Positions 17,381-28,057 of a stretch of DNA of 64,000 nucleotides are shown here, in pieces. The notes beneath the pieces were generated by a model, which saw nothing but the letters and a program-made list of their open reading frames with translations, was not told the origin of the DNA and made no database searches. Numbering within the stretch: the first letter of the stretch is position 1; every line of letters starts with the position of its first letter. Location of the stretch: contig JAHJYC010000004.1 in NCBI GenBank assembly GCA_018826905.1, forward strand, positions 62,674-126,673. Reading direction: 5' to 3'. The position numbers and the translations under genes are program-made. This DNA comes from Patescibacteria group bacterium (GTDB taxonomy: Bacteria; Patescibacteriota; Minisyncoccia; Phycocordibacterales; Phycocordibacteraceae).

Positions 17381-17491
17381 GTGGCCATCCTACAGGCAGG
17401 GGTACCAATTAGACAACATATGATTAGTCACGTAGAGTGCTGACGGATGTCCTGCCACACTTTCGTGGCGACAAAAGGGGGAGGGTGTCCG

Positions 17492-17908
17492 ATGAAGATC
17501 ACTGTTCGCCTCATTTTGAGGACACAGCGCGGAATCATCGCGCAGAAACATGACGGCCTGTGGGGGTTCATTTCCATTACCGGACAAGGTGTCTCGGAGG
17601 AGGACTGGAAACGAATTGCCATTGAGGGCCTTGAAAAGCTCACGGGCATTTCGTCTTCGCCGGGCCACTATGTTGAGATGACTGCCTTGAAAAGCAAGAA
17701 GATCAACAAGAGGAATCGGCCTAAGCGATATACTGTCCTGTCTAAGGTCGGTCTCTCTGATGCCACAATCATCGGGGAGTTGAGCCCGCCTCTTTCACAG
17801 GCAGACAAACTCTCTGAGTTCTGGTTTGAAGACATGCCAGGAATTGATTTCAACACAAACGATATGCTCACGCTTATTGAGCAAGACATCTACAGGCACG
17901 CGGCGTAA
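17492..17908 (+). CDS. hypothetical protein with degenerate Nudix-like box
   Basis: GQGVSEEDWKRIAIEGLEKLTGI partially matches GX5EX7REUXEEXGU. Confidence 0.35.
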   Translation: MKITVRLILRTQRGIIAQKHDGLWGFISITGQGVSEEDWKRIAIEGLEKLTGISSSPGHYVEMTALKSKKINKRNRPKRYTVLSKVGLSDATIIGELSPPLSQADKLSEFWFEDMPGIDFNTNDMLTLIEQDIYRHAA

Positions 17909-17921
17909 CACCCGCGTGTTT

Positions 17922-18821
17922 TTATTCAGATACCTCAGGTACCTGTCTCCTCTTAAAATATCCCTTACCGGCAAACCGTAGATCTACATACTCAACACTT
18001 CCATCATTAAGATTGAGTTGTGAGAAAATACTTGCAGCTGTTATAACTGCTTCCTGCTCTTGGCCGAGCACATACGTAATGCGAGTACCTGCTGTTGTAT
18101 ACAAATCAGCTTCGTCATTCCTAATAGCAAGAGAAGTTACATTTGCCTTTAGCTGTTGCACCGCTTTTACAAACCTGAGCGCATCAGGAATTCTTGACGC
18201 ATACACAACATACGCACGAAGAGGAGTATCTCCCTGAACCCCTTCAAGAGGCGCAAACACCTGCAGTGCTGCAGTTGTAGAAGCGTTCAGCGGTGCAGCT
18301 CTAAACAAAAGTCCTTCAGCATTGGCTTCGTAACAAGGACTCACCATAAGTTCTTTTGACTCCCCACACCACAAAAATGCTTCAGAGCGCGCTACAACAT
18401 TCAATGTGAGCGTCTGTAGTCCGTCAACTGAAATGGAGAGTGCTTCAATATCAGGATATTCCTGTAACACAGCAGCTCGTATATCTTTCTCTGGAATAAA
18501 AAAGAGCGAGTTGCGAGGAACAATGTAGAAGTGACTTCCAAGTAACTGCCCTTTTGCAATTTGAGATACCTCTTCTTTGTGCGCTCCTGTAACCTGCACT
18601 TCCTGCATACGAAATACCGGAAGCCATAACACATAGAAGAAAACCGCAATCAAAAGCACTGCAAGCACTGTTGCGACAATGACAAAGAGGTGTCTCTTGT
18701 CACTTCTTTGTTTCTTTAATGGAGTTCTTTTCTCTTTTTCTCGCTTCCCACGCGCTATTGTTACATTGCGTTTACTTACAGGTGCAGCAGACTTTGGACG
18801 TGCTTCCATATCACGCATGGA
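17922..18821 (-). CDS. ftsQ: cell division protein FtsQ/DivIB (POTRA domain)
   Basis: Single TM helix then POTRA-like region (VQVTG...) and C-terminal YVDLRF motif; start uncertain because the track ORF overlaps serS. Confidence 0.6.
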   Translation of the reverse strand, partial: SMRDMEARPKSAAPVSKRNVTIARGKREKEKRTPLKKQRSDKRHLFVIVATVLAVLLIAVFFYVLWLPVFRMQEVQVTGAHKEEVSQIAKGQLLGSHFYIVPRNSLFFIPEKDIRAAVLQEYPDIEALSISVDGLQTLTLNVVARSEAFLWCGESKELMVSPCYEANAEGLLFRAAPLNASTTAALQVFAPLEGVQGDTPLRAYVVYASRIPDALRFVKAVQQLKANVTSLAIRNDEADLYTTAGTRITYVLGQEQEAVITAASIFSQLNLNDGSVEYVDLRFAGKGYFKRRQVPEVSE

Positions 18822-18855
18822 GCGCGTGACTGGCTTAGCTGCTTGCGGTCGCGCT

Positions 18856-20124
18856 CTAGGCGCTATGTCCCAGGATTTCTTTGCCGACATACGGGACAAG
18901 TACTTCTGGAACACGGATAGTTCCATCTTCCTGCTGATAATTCTCTACGAGCACTGCAAGGAAACGAGGCGTTGCAAGTGCTGTGTTATTCAACGAGTGT
19001 GCAAAGCGCATGTTCCCCTCCTGGTCGCGATATCTAATGTTTAGTCTGCGTGTTTGGAAATCATGGAAATACGAAGACGAGTGTGTCTCTCTATACTGAT
19101 TCTCTCCTGGCATCCAGCACTCAATGTCATATTTCTTTACCTGGCCAAGACCCAAGTCTCCTCCACAGTTGATAACAACATGGTACGGAATGTTAAGGAG
19201 CTGAATTGCCTCTTCAGCGTTCTTGGTGAGCTCCTCATGGAGACGCACTGATTCTTCGTGCGAGGCCTCACACAACACTACCTGCTCAAACTTGTAAAAC
19301 TCATGCACACGCACAAGACCCTTTGTGTCTTTTCCGTGCGCTCCTACTTCTCGCCTAAAGCACGGAGAAAATGAGAAGTACTTCAACGGGAGTGCCTCTC
19401 GCTCAAGCACTTCATCCAGGTGGTACGCCATGGTAGCAACCTCTGCAGTGCCTGAGAGATATTCTCCGTCTTGGGTTTTATATAGATCTTCTTCACTTTG
19501 TGGAAGGTACCCGGTTCCCATGAACCCTTCGCGACGAACAAGGGAAGGAACAATCATAGGAGTAAACCCTCCCTTTTGTATAAAGTGGTCTGAAAGGAAC
19601 CTCCAGATAGCAAACGAAAGCAGGGCTCCGTCTCCCTTAAGGAAATAGCCCCGGAAGCCAGACACTTTTGCTCCTCGCTCAAAGTCTGCCATTCCCGCAT
19701 TCACCATAAGTTCCACGTGAGTCTTTGGAGTAAAAGTAAAAGAAGGCTTTTCTCCCCACACCCTTGTTTCCGCATTATCTGCATCTGTCTTTCCCTCAGG
19801 CACGGTTATGTCTGGGAGGTTTGGCACCATGAGCATCAGTTTCTGCCACTCCTCAAATGCAGCTTTATACCTCTCTTCAAGCTCTCCCATCCCTTCCTTA
19901 AGGAATCGCATTGCTTCAAGCAGGCGATCCTTCTCTTCATCTTTCGCAAGTGCAATGGTCTTACTCGCGCGATTCTGTTCTGCGCGCTTATCATCAAGTT
20001 GCTGACGGAGCTGTTTTCGTTCGTCATCAACAACAAGGAGACGATCAATGTCTACGTTGATGTTCTTTTTCTCAGCTCCGGCTTTCACCAGTTCTGCGTT
20101 CTCACGAATGAAATGTATGTCTAA
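18856..20124 (-). CDS. serS: serine--tRNA ligase
   Basis: N-terminal coiled-coil (MLDIHFIRENAELV...) and class II aaRS core motifs. Confidence 0.9.
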   Translation of the reverse strand, partial: LDIHFIRENAELVKAGAEKKNINVDIDRLLVVDDERKQLRQQLDDKRAEQNRASKTIALAKDEEKDRLLEAMRFLKEGMGELEERYKAAFEEWQKLMLMVPNLPDITVPEGKTDADNAETRVWGEKPSFTFTPKTHVELMVNAGMADFERGAKVSGFRGYFLKGDGALLSFAIWRFLSDHFIQKGGFTPMIVPSLVRREGFMGTGYLPQSEEDLYKTQDGEYLSGTAEVATMAYHLDEVLEREALPLKYFSFSPCFRREVGAHGKDTKGLVRVHEFYKFEQVVLCEASHEESVRLHEELTKNAEEAIQLLNIPYHVVINCGGDLGLGQVKKYDIECWMPGENQYRETHSSSYFHDFQTRRLNIRYRDQEGNMRFAHSLNNTALATPRFLAVLVENYQQEDGTIRVPEVLVPYVGKEILGHSA

Positions 20125-20152
20125 CATAGGACTATAATAAGGAAAGCATAGT

Positions 20153-20812
20153 ATGACGAAGGACATGAGACAACTAGCCCCTCGGGACTACCCTAAGAAA
20201 CTTAGGGAAATACCGCATGTTCCTGAACGCTTATGGCTACGTGGCGCTCTCCCTCCAGATGGCCACCTGCTTCTTGCCGTAGTAGGGTCTCGCTCTCTAA
20301 GCCCCTACGGAAAGGAAGTATGCGAGATGCTCCTTAAAGGACTTAGCGGATATCCAATAAGTATTGTCTCCGGTCTAGCGCTTGGTGCTGACGCCTGCGC
20401 ACACCAAGCAGCACTTGCAACCGGACTCCATACCATTGCTATCCCTGGCTCAGGCTTAAATGATTCTGTAATAGCGCCAAGAACAAACTTCCCGCTTGCA
20501 AAAGAGATACTTAGAGCAGGAGGCGCGCTCCTCTCAGAGCAGGAACCCGACCACACCCCCTATCCTTCAGACTTTCCCTCTCGCAACAGGATTATGGTTG
20601 GCATGTCTGACGCTGTGCTTGTTATAGAAGCAGGAGAGAGGTCGGGGACACTTATAACAGCGAGATTAGCTACTGAATACAACAGAGACCTTTTATGTGT
20701 TCCTCATCGTATCGGGGACCCAAATGGAGTAGGAGCGAACCAGTTTATCCGACTTGGTGCTGAACTTGTTACAGAGCCACAACATATTCTTGAAGCCCTT
20801 GGACTTGCTTGA
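20153..20812 (+). CDS. dprA: DNA-processing protein DprA/Smf (Rossmann-fold core only)
   Basis: LAVVGSRSLSPYG...IVSGLALGADACAHQAAL...TIAIPGSGL motif series. Confidence 0.7.
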   Translation: MTKDMRQLAPRDYPKKLREIPHVPERLWLRGALPPDGHLLLAVVGSRSLSPYGKEVCEMLLKGLSGYPISIVSGLALGADACAHQAALATGLHTIAIPGSGLNDSVIAPRTNFPLAKEILRAGGALLSEQEPDHTPYPSDFPSRNRIMVGMSDAVLVIEAGERSGTLITARLATEYNRDLLCVPHRIGDPNGVGANQFIRLGAELVTEPQHILEALGLA

Positions 20813-20875
20813 GTTTTAGGATGCACAAGAGTAAGGTGCTGAGTAAGTACAACGAATTAGGAAGGGAGACAGGCG

Positions 20876-21181
20876 TTGTTGCGCGATCTTTTTTTGAAAT
20901 GGCTGAAGTGGCCATACCTGTTCTGGACGCACCCGGGGTGCTGGCCAGAGATGAAGGACATCTGGCCCGGTGTATACATCGGGCTCGTGGTTGCTGTGGT
21001 GCAAATTGCAGTACCCGCCACTCTGTGGTTCCTGGTTGATCCGCTCAACCAGTTCAGCTGGCACTGGTTCAACGCAGTGCCCTTCATCGTCGCCTGCATT
21101 TTCTTTGTGGCGGCCGGTATCATAACCACCCTCTTCGCTCATTTCCATGAATTGGACGACGAAGAGCACGGCTTCTTCTGA
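20876..21181 (+). CDS. small membrane protein (uncertain; overlaps an antisense ORF)
   Basis: Two hydrophobic helices; same strand as downstream topA. Confidence 0.3.
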   Translation: MLRDLFLKWLKWPYLFWTHPGCWPEMKDIWPGVYIGLVVAVVQIAVPATLWFLVDPLNQFSWHWFNAVPFIVACIFFVAAGIITTLFAHFHELDDEEHGFF

Positions 21182-21275
21182 GGTCAAAAGCTTGCGCATG
21201 TCGCAGGCTTTTTCATTTTCCACGCACTCTCAAAACTTGACCATATATAGGTATGCGCGGTATGTGTTAGCACAC

Positions 21276-23651
21276 ATGGCAAAGAGACTTTTAATTGTTG
21301 AGTCGCCCGCAAAGGCACGCACCATACAGCAGTACCTTGGAAAAGAGTACGAAGTACTTGCTTCTGTAGGACACGTACGTGATCTCCCGAAGTCTAATAA
21401 GGATGCTGTTGATATTGAGGACGGCTTTGTTCCTCGCTACGTTATCTCTCCGGACAAACGTGAGGTTATTGAGAAAATCAAAACTGCAGCTGGAAAAGCT
21501 GAAGAGGTCTTTCTTGCAACTGACCCGGACCGCGAAGGAGAGGCTATTGCCTGGCATGTAAAGGAAGCCGTGGGACTTAAGAAACCGCACCGTGTGGTAT
21601 TTCACGAAATAACCAAAGCTGCTGTTGAGGAAGCACTCAGACACCCACGCGCAATTGATGAGAATCTTCGCCAAGCACAAGAAGCACGCCGTGTACTAGA
21701 CCGTCTCGTTGGATATGATCTTTCTGGCCTTATTTGGAAAAAGGTTCGCTACGGATTGTCTGCAGGGCGCGTGCAGTCTCCTGCCCTCCGTATTCTTGCA
21801 GAGCGCGAGCGTGAGATTAAAGCATTCATTCCAGAGACCTACTACACCCTAGACGCACAGTTTAAAGCAACCGGAGGTGAGTTCCCTGCAAAGTGCACAG
21901 AGGAACCGACTGATCCTAAAGAGGCAGCCAGAATTGTAGAGGAGGGGCGAAGTGCCTCATGGACTGTTGCTGAAGTAAAAGAACGCGCAGAGGAGCGTAA
22001 TCCCCGTCCCCCGTTCACCACCTCAACACTGCAACAGGCAGCATCAACTCGGCTTGGCTTCTCTCCATCTCGCACGATGCGTGCAGCGCAGAAACTGTAT
22101 GAGGCAGGACATATTACTTACATGCGTACAGACTCTGTATCTCTTGGAAAAGAGGCTGTAGAAAAACTCGCTCTCGTTGCTGAAAAGGAGTTCGGAAGGG
22201 AGTATGTAGAAGTACGAGCATATAAAACTAAGAGCAAGAATGCGCAAGAAGCGCACGAAGCGGTGCGTCCTACAGACCCGAGCAGAAAGACTGCGGGAGC
22301 AACAGCGGATGAAAATGGTCTGTACGAACTGATACGGAATCGCGCACTTTCTTCTCAAATGAGTGCAGCTAAGATGCTTCGCACCAGTGTTAAAGCAAAA
22401 GCGAATGCTGCTATTCCACTATTCTCCGCAAATGGCTCTCGTCTTATTTTCCCAGGATGGCTCGCGTGCGACACGAAGGCCCGCGGAGAAGATGTTGAAC
22501 TTCCTAAACTAGCAGAGGGAGAATCTCTTACCTTGCTTTCTTTGGGCTCTCTTGAAAAGCAAACAGAACCACCAAACAGGTATACAGAAGCAGGACTCAT
22601 AAAGGAACTGGAAAAGCGTGGTATTGGACGCCCTTCTACGTACGCCAGCACCATGAAGACTATCCAGGACCGTGGGTATGTTGAGAAGAACGGGCGAACC
22701 TTAATGCCAACTGCAACGGGCATGGTGGTATCGGGGTGGCTTGAAGAACACTTTACGCACTACGTGTCTGATTCCTTTACAGCTGAGATGGAGGACGAGT
22801 TAGATGAGATCGCTCGTGGAGAGCGTGGGTACGAGGCAACTCTCACCGAGTTCTATACTCCCTTTTCTAAAGCAGTGCTTTCAAAGGAAGGACTTCCGAA
22901 AGCAACTTCTCTTGGCCCTGTTCCTGAGGAGTTTGTGTGTCCGCTTTGTCAGGCAGAGATGGAATTCAAATTAGGACGGGGAGGTATTTTCATGAGCTGC
23001 ACTAGATACCCTGAATGCGATGGTGCACGCCAGGAAGATGGCACCGAACTTAAGAGTGACGAGCCAATTGGAAACGATCCTAAGACGGGAGCGCCTATAT
23101 TCGTTAAGACTGGACGATACGGTCCTTATGTTGAGATGGAGCTTCCTGAATCTGAAGTCCCTGTTGAACTTACTAAGACCGGCAAACCAAAGAAAAGCCG
23201 TGGACGTCCGAAGAAGGCCTTAAAGCGTGCAAGTATTCCAGCCAGTACGGATCTTTCAGCAGTCTCACTCGCTGACGCACTTCACTATCTTTCTCTTCCC
23301 CGCGAGCTTGGTACACACCCTGGAACCGGGAAGCCTGTTATGGCAAACATTGGACGCTTTGGTCCCTATGTAGGACACGATGGCGAATTCCGTTCACTAA
23401 AAGCCCCTGATGACCCGTACACGGTTACGCTTGATAGAGCAGTTGAAGTACTCGCTGAGCCTAAGCGACCGCCTAAGGGAGTTGATATTGTTCGCGAAGT
23501 TGGCAAGCACCCAAAGACTGGGAAGCAGATTGTTTTGTACAAGTCTAAGGCAGGTCTGTTTCTGAAAAAAGGACTCCGTAGAATTTACCTTCCAGAGAGT
23601 CAGAGTGCTGACGAGCTCACTCCGCTTGAAGCTGCAGACTATCTCAAATAG
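21276..23651 (+). CDS. topA: DNA topoisomerase I
   Basis: TOPRIM start (LLIVESPAKA), catalytic Tyr region, C-terminal zinc ribbon and repeated GRYGPYV/GRFGPYV domains. Confidence 0.92.
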   Translation: MAKRLLIVESPAKARTIQQYLGKEYEVLASVGHVRDLPKSNKDAVDIEDGFVPRYVISPDKREVIEKIKTAAGKAEEVFLATDPDREGEAIAWHVKEAVGLKKPHRVVFHEITKAAVEEALRHPRAIDENLRQAQEARRVLDRLVGYDLSGLIWKKVRYGLSAGRVQSPALRILAEREREIKAFIPETYYTLDAQFKATGGEFPAKCTEEPTDPKEAARIVEEGRSASWTVAEVKERAEERNPRPPFTTSTLQQAASTRLGFSPSRTMRAAQKLYEAGHITYMRTDSVSLGKEAVEKLALVAEKEFGREYVEVRAYKTKSKNAQEAHEAVRPTDPSRKTAGATADENGLYELIRNRALSSQMSAAKMLRTSVKAKANAAIPLFSANGSRLIFPGWLACDTKARGEDVELPKLAEGESLTLLSLGSLEKQTEPPNRYTEAGLIKELEKRGIGRPSTYASTMKTIQDRGYVEKNGRTLMPTATGMVVSGWLEEHFTHYVSDSFTAEMEDELDEIARGERGYEATLTEFYTPFSKAVLSKEGLPKATSLGPVPEEFVCPLCQAEMEFKLGRGGIFMSCTRYPECDGARQEDGTELKSDEPIGNDPKTGAPIFVKTGRYGPYVEMELPESEVPVELTKTGKPKKSRGRPKKALKRASIPASTDLSAVSLADALHYLSLPRELGTHPGTGKPVMANIGRFGPYVGHDGEFRSLKAPDDPYTVTLDRAVEVLAEPKRPPKGVDIVREVGKHPKTGKQIVLYKSKAGLFLKKGLRRIYLPESQSADELTPLEAADYLK

Positions 23652-23696
23652 CACTCTTCCTTTGCACTCTCGCACAGAGGCGGGTATCCTTTCCCT

Positions 23697-25283
23697 ATGA
23701 CCACCGTCAAGGAAATACTTGCACAGGTGCAGACGCCGTCTCCTGAAGACACGGCGCTTATAGAGAAGGCCTACGAATTTGCTAAGAAAGCGCACGAGGG
23801 ACACACCCGGTATTCAGGCGAGCCGTACTTCATACACCCTGCAGCTGTTGCAAAACACCTCGCAGAACTTGGCATGGACTCCCGCACCATAGCGGCAGCA
23901 TTGCTTCATGACGCCATTGAAGACGCTATGGCAACACCTGAAGAGGTGGAGTCTCTGTTTGGCTCTGAGGTCTTGTTTTTAGTTGAGGGCGTTACCAAGC
24001 TCGGAAAGCACAAGTATCAAGGCGGAGAGCGCCATGCAGAGAGTCTGAGACGCCTTCTGGTTGCAACGTCTGCTGATATTCGTGTACTCATTATCAAACT
24101 TGCAGACCGGTACCACAATATGAGTACCCTTGAGCATGTGCCTGAAGCAAAGCGAAAGCGCATTGCACTTGAGACGCTTGAAATCTTTGCTCCAATTGCG
24201 GACCGCCTTGGTATGGGAAGTCTTAAGAAAGAGTTGGAGGATCTTGCCTTCCCCGCAATTGATCCAGACGCCTATCAACACGCAATTGAGGTGCGCAAGC
24301 TTAAGAAGAAAGAGACAGATGTAGGGCTCGCCCGAGTACAGAAGGAACTGCAGCATGCACTTGTTCGTAAAGGAGTTCAAGACTTCTCTACCTCTATTCG
24401 TATGAAAGGACTCTGGAGTCTGCACCAGAAGTTAAAGAGAAAGGGAGATGACATTACCCGTATTCACGATATCGCTGCACTTCGTGTTGTAGTGCCAACG
24501 ATAGATGATTGCTATACCGCCCTTGGAGTTATTCACGCAAACTGGAAGCCACTCCCGGGAGAATTTAAGGATTACATTTCTTTTCCAAAACCAAACGGGT
24601 ACCAATCGTTGCACACTACGGTTGTAACAGGCGAGGCAGGCATTGTTGAGATGCAAGTACGAACTAAGGACATGCACCAACGTGCACAGTTTGGTATTGC
24701 ATCACATATGTCATACAAGGCACTTGCGAAGAGCGCTGGCAAGAATGCTTTCCAAAGAATTTCTTTCCCTTGGATTCGTGATCTGGTCCCTGGCCTCCTA
24801 AACTTAAAGAAAGCACCGACACATGCTCCCAAGGGTGCAACTAATTCTCCAGACGTTCCGCAGTGGCTTACAGAACTTAAAGAAGCCCATATTGAAGTAG
24901 GGGCTGACGAGTTTGTGGAAGGACTGAAAAGCGACTTCTTCTCTCATCGCATCTTTGTATTTACTCCTATCGGAGATGTTATTGACCTCCCTACACAATC
25001 AACGCCTGTTGATTTTGCCTACGCCATACACTCTGATTTAGGAAATCACATGCAGGGTGCGAAAGTTAACGGAAAGCTAGTTTCTTTTGATTCGCAGCTT
25101 GGCAACGGAGATATCATTGAGATTCTTAAGTCTAAGTCAGCACATCCAACAACTAGATGGATTGAGTACGCTCGTACTTCAATGGCACGACGACATATTA
25201 GAAACGCCCTGGAGGCGCGAGAGAAATCTATGAGAACACAGGACGCAAAGGCAAAGAAGAAAGCTAAGAAATCTAAACAGTAA
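23697..25283 (+). CDS. rel: bifunctional (p)ppGpp synthetase/hydrolase, short Rel/SpoT homolog (HD + synthetase + TGS; no ACT)
   Basis: HD motif (LLHDAIEDA), synthetase domain, TGS-like C-terminus. Confidence 0.85.
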   Translation: MTTVKEILAQVQTPSPEDTALIEKAYEFAKKAHEGHTRYSGEPYFIHPAAVAKHLAELGMDSRTIAAALLHDAIEDAMATPEEVESLFGSEVLFLVEGVTKLGKHKYQGGERHAESLRRLLVATSADIRVLIIKLADRYHNMSTLEHVPEAKRKRIALETLEIFAPIADRLGMGSLKKELEDLAFPAIDPDAYQHAIEVRKLKKKETDVGLARVQKELQHALVRKGVQDFSTSIRMKGLWSLHQKLKRKGDDITRIHDIAALRVVVPTIDDCYTALGVIHANWKPLPGEFKDYISFPKPNGYQSLHTTVVTGEAGIVEMQVRTKDMHQRAQFGIASHMSYKALAKSAGKNAFQRISFPWIRDLVPGLLNLKKAPTHAPKGATNSPDVPQWLTELKEAHIEVGADEFVEGLKSDFFSHRIFVFTPIGDVIDLPTQSTPVDFAYAIHSDLGNHMQGAKVNGKLVSFDSQLGNGDIIEILKSKSAHPTTRWIEYARTSMARRHIRNALEAREKSMRTQDAKAKKKAKKSKQ

Positions 25284-26283
25284 AGTTGCTGATTGAGTAC
25301 AAGTTCTCTTCTGGCTCTTCCTTCTTCTCCTCTTCCTTAGGAAGCGCATCTAATTGAGTGGTATTTGGATGCACTGGAATCTCTTCAGGGGGCTGTATAA
25401 ATGCGTGCTCCTGGCCCTCTTCGCGAAGTGCAAGCATTGCTGTTATGTGCGAAAGATCTTCTGGGGAGAAGAATTCAATGAGGAGACGTCCTCCTTGAGG
25501 ACGATTTTCAATTAATACTCTTGTCCCAAGGGTTTCCGTTAGGGACTTTTCCAGAGCCATAATCTCCGGTGTCTTGTCATGCTTACGAATCTTGTCTTGT
25601 GCTAGTCTGCGAGCCATTTGCTCAACCATTCGTACTGAAGTCTTTTTGAGTACAATTTCCTTAAACAAAGTGTCTCGTTCATCAGGTCGATCATTCAGCA
25701 TGAGGAGCGCACGTGCATGCCCTTCAGAGAGCTCCTTATTCACTACTGCTTGCTGAATCGCTTCAGGAAGTTGCAGAAGGCGAATGGAGTTAGAGACGTA
25801 TTCACGACTACGTCCAATCTTTGCTCCTATTTCAACCATTGAGATAGCGAAGGTGTCTGCGAGTTGTGCGAGTGCTTTTGCGCGATCTATAGCATTTAAG
25901 TCTTCTCGTTGCAGGTTCTCAATAATCGCAAGTTCCAACTTCATCTTGTCTGACTGCTCGCCAGCACGAATCACAACAGGAATCTCTTTTAATCCAATGA
26001 GCTTAGACGCACGCAAACGACGTTCTCCTGCAATTAGTTCATAGGTTGCCTGGATACCTCCACCTTCCTTCTCTACTTCACTACGCGTCACCACAAGTGG
26101 CTGTAGCACGCCATACTGGCGAATAGATTCAGCAAGTGCTCTCAGACGACTCTCATCAAACTCAAGACGAGGCTGGTACGGGTTTGGTTGAATACGATCA
26201 ACAGCGACCCAGAAGATTGAGTCGTACTTTGTTGGCTCAGCAAACTTAGCTGGCTCTTTGCCTTCGTTTCCAAACGCGCTCAT
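25273..26283 (-). CDS. parB: ParB/Spo0J partition protein
   Basis: ParB box GERRLRAS and IENLQREDLN motif. Confidence 0.88.
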   Translation of the reverse strand: MSAFGNEGKEPAKFAEPTKYDSIFWVAVDRIQPNPYQPRLEFDESRLRALAESIRQYGVLQPLVVTRSEVEKEGGGIQATYELIAGERRLRASKLIGLKEIPVVIRAGEQSDKMKLELAIIENLQREDLNAIDRAKALAQLADTFAISMVEIGAKIGRSREYVSNSIRLLQLPEAIQQAVVNKELSEGHARALLMLNDRPDERDTLFKEIVLKKTSVRMVEQMARRLAQDKIRKHDKTPEIMALEKSLTETLGTRVLIENRPQGGRLLIEFFSPEDLSHITAMLALREEGQEHAFIQPPEEIPVHPNTTQLDALPKEEEKKEEPEENLYSISNFTV

Positions 26284-26341
26284 TACAGGCTATTGTAGCA
26301 TCGCTCCCCTCCTTTACGGACATACTGCCTGTGCAGTAGGA

Positions 26342-26425
26342 TGGAGTACATTGCCGGAGTGGCGGAATGGTATACGCGGTGGATTCAAAACCCGCTCCCG
26401 TAAGGGTTGAGAGTTCGAGTCTCTC
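26342..26425 (+). tRNA. tRNA-Leu (anticodon CAA), type II long variable arm
   Basis: Acceptor GCCGGAG/CTCCGGC, anticodon loop UUCAAAA, variable stem CCC/GGG, T-loop GAGAGTTCGAGTCTCTC. Confidence 0.7.
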
Positions 26426-26496
26426 CTCCGGCACCGTAGATGTTCTAGAAAACGACACGAGGACACTAGTCTCACCCTAGTGATAAAATACCCATC

Positions 26497-27291
26497 ATGG
26501 AAAATACGGTCCAGCGAATTGAACTTAGGAATAGAAAAGGTCAGAAAATTGTTGGTCTCCTTGAATTCCCCATAGGTACTCCTACTGGAACGACCATAGT
26601 TCAACATGGGTACGGTGGCTTCAAAGAGCAAGACCACGTAGTAACAATGGCAAAGGCTTTTCTGAATAATGGCTTTGTGACATTCAATTTTGACGCGACA
26701 AATACCTTTGGTGAAAGTGATGGCGAATACGAGAAAGCTACCCTAGGTCTTCATTATGAAGACTTTGAAGATGTCGCAAACTGGGCACAGGAACAGGACT
26801 GGTTTGTAGCACCACTAGCCGTGGCCGGTCATTCCATGGGCGGGTATTCTGCAGCACGCTACGCAGAAGAGTACCCAGACAAGATAGCTTTCTGTGCACC
26901 AATCGCTCCTGTCGTATCAGGTACGCTTTCTTGGGAAGCTCATGAAGAGTTTGAGCCTGAAGAGTTTAGGAAGTGGGAAGAGACTGGGATGCTTGTAAAG
27001 ACTAGTTCTACTAACCCAAACAACATACGTCGCAGTCCGTGGACACACATGAAAGAGCGGCTGGATCATGACTTACTGCGAAAAGCTGACAGACTTGTGA
27101 TGCCTGTCTTTCTGTATGTTGGAACAAAAGATACCTCTATCCCGCCCAAACATGTGCAGAAGTTTTTTGATGCGATACCCGAAGGGAAAAAGACACTGGT
27201 TATTTCTGAAGGCGCTCCTCATACTTATCGAACAGAGGGTGAACTACGTGACTTATACAATGACCTAGATCAATGGATTAAGTCTTTTTAA
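26497..27291 (+). CDS. alpha/beta hydrolase
   Basis: GHSMGG nucleophile elbow. Confidence 0.75.
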   Translation: MENTVQRIELRNRKGQKIVGLLEFPIGTPTGTTIVQHGYGGFKEQDHVVTMAKAFLNNGFVTFNFDATNTFGESDGEYEKATLGLHYEDFEDVANWAQEQDWFVAPLAVAGHSMGGYSAARYAEEYPDKIAFCAPIAPVVSGTLSWEAHEEFEPEEFRKWEETGMLVKTSSTNPNNIRRSPWTHMKERLDHDLLRKADRLVMPVFLYVGTKDTSIPPKHVQKFFDAIPEGKKTLVISEGAPHTYRTEGELRDLYNDLDQWIKSF

Positions 27292-27309
27292 GTTGGCATA
27301 AGACTATTC

Positions 27310-27346
27310 AAAAACACCCGCAGAGTCCTGCGGGTGTTTTGTGTTT
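27310..27346. terminator. bidirectional Rho-independent terminator (ACACCCGCAG...CTGCGGGTGT)
   Basis: Convergent genes; hairpin flanked by A-run and T-run. Confidence 0.7.
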
Positions 27347-28008
27347 TATATCTTTCCAACGAGGTCCATACCCGGCTCAAGAGTATCGTCTCCTGGCTCC
27401 CAAGACGCAGGACACACCTGCCCATGATTGCTCTCAACAAACTGAGCTGCCTGGAGCTTGCGGTAGGTCTCCTTTGCAGCTCGTCCAATACTGTTGTCAT
27501 TAATCTCCATAGAACGAAGCGTTCCAGAAGGATCAATGATAAACGTACCCCGAAGCGCGAGCCCCTCATCAGGTACAAACGGAAGGTCTCCCCCCTCAAC
27601 AAGGACACCAAACGCATCAGCAATCTTGCCTGAAGGGTCAGCTCCCATAGGAAATTGAATCTTCTTAATTGCAGGAGACGTATCGTGCCACGCTTTATGT
27701 ACAAAGACCGTATCAGTTGAGAATGAAACAACTTCTGCATTTATCTTCTGAAGATTCGGATGGAGTGCTGCCATCTCTTCAAGTTCTGTAGGACATACAA
27801 AGGTAAAGTCCGCAGGATAAAACACCACTACAAGCCACTTCCCTCTGAAGTCTGAGAACTTCATTGTTTGCGTATCTTCTCTGTAATACGCCTCAAACTC
27901 ATAATCAGGGACCACCTCCCCTACGCGCACACTAGAGTGATACTCCCTAAATGGGTCATGAAAATCTCCACAGTATTCGCAATAATTGCTCTTTTGTTCT
28001 TTAGCCAT
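27346..28008 (-). CDS. 2-Cys peroxiredoxin (AhpC/Prx1 family) with short Cys-containing N-terminal extension
   Basis: FTFVCPTE peroxidatic Cys motif; resolving Cys region present. Confidence 0.85.
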   Translation of the reverse strand: MAKEQKSNYCEYCGDFHDPFREYHSSVRVGEVVPDYEFEAYYREDTQTMKFSDFRGKWLVVVFYPADFTFVCPTELEEMAALHPNLQKINAEVVSFSTDTVFVHKAWHDTSPAIKKIQFPMGADPSGKIADAFGVLVEGGDLPFVPDEGLALRGTFIIDPSGTLRSMEINDNSIGRAAKETYRKLQAAQFVESNHGQVCPASWEPGDDTLEPGMDLVGKI

Positions 28009-28057
28009 ACTTATCTTTTCGTTACGTTTTGATAATGATACCATTCGTTTACACATC

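Noticed and set aside
20816-21223. 135-aa minus-strand ORF antisense to the small membrane ORF upstream of topA
   Set aside because: The plus-strand frame gives a plausible two-TM membrane protein co-directional with topA. The minus frame is low-complexity with no signals. Both remain uncertain.
26246-26637. ORFs 26246-26458 and 26314-26637 on the minus strand
   Set aside because: They overlap tRNA-Leu(CAA) and each other and have no SD; treated as spurious.
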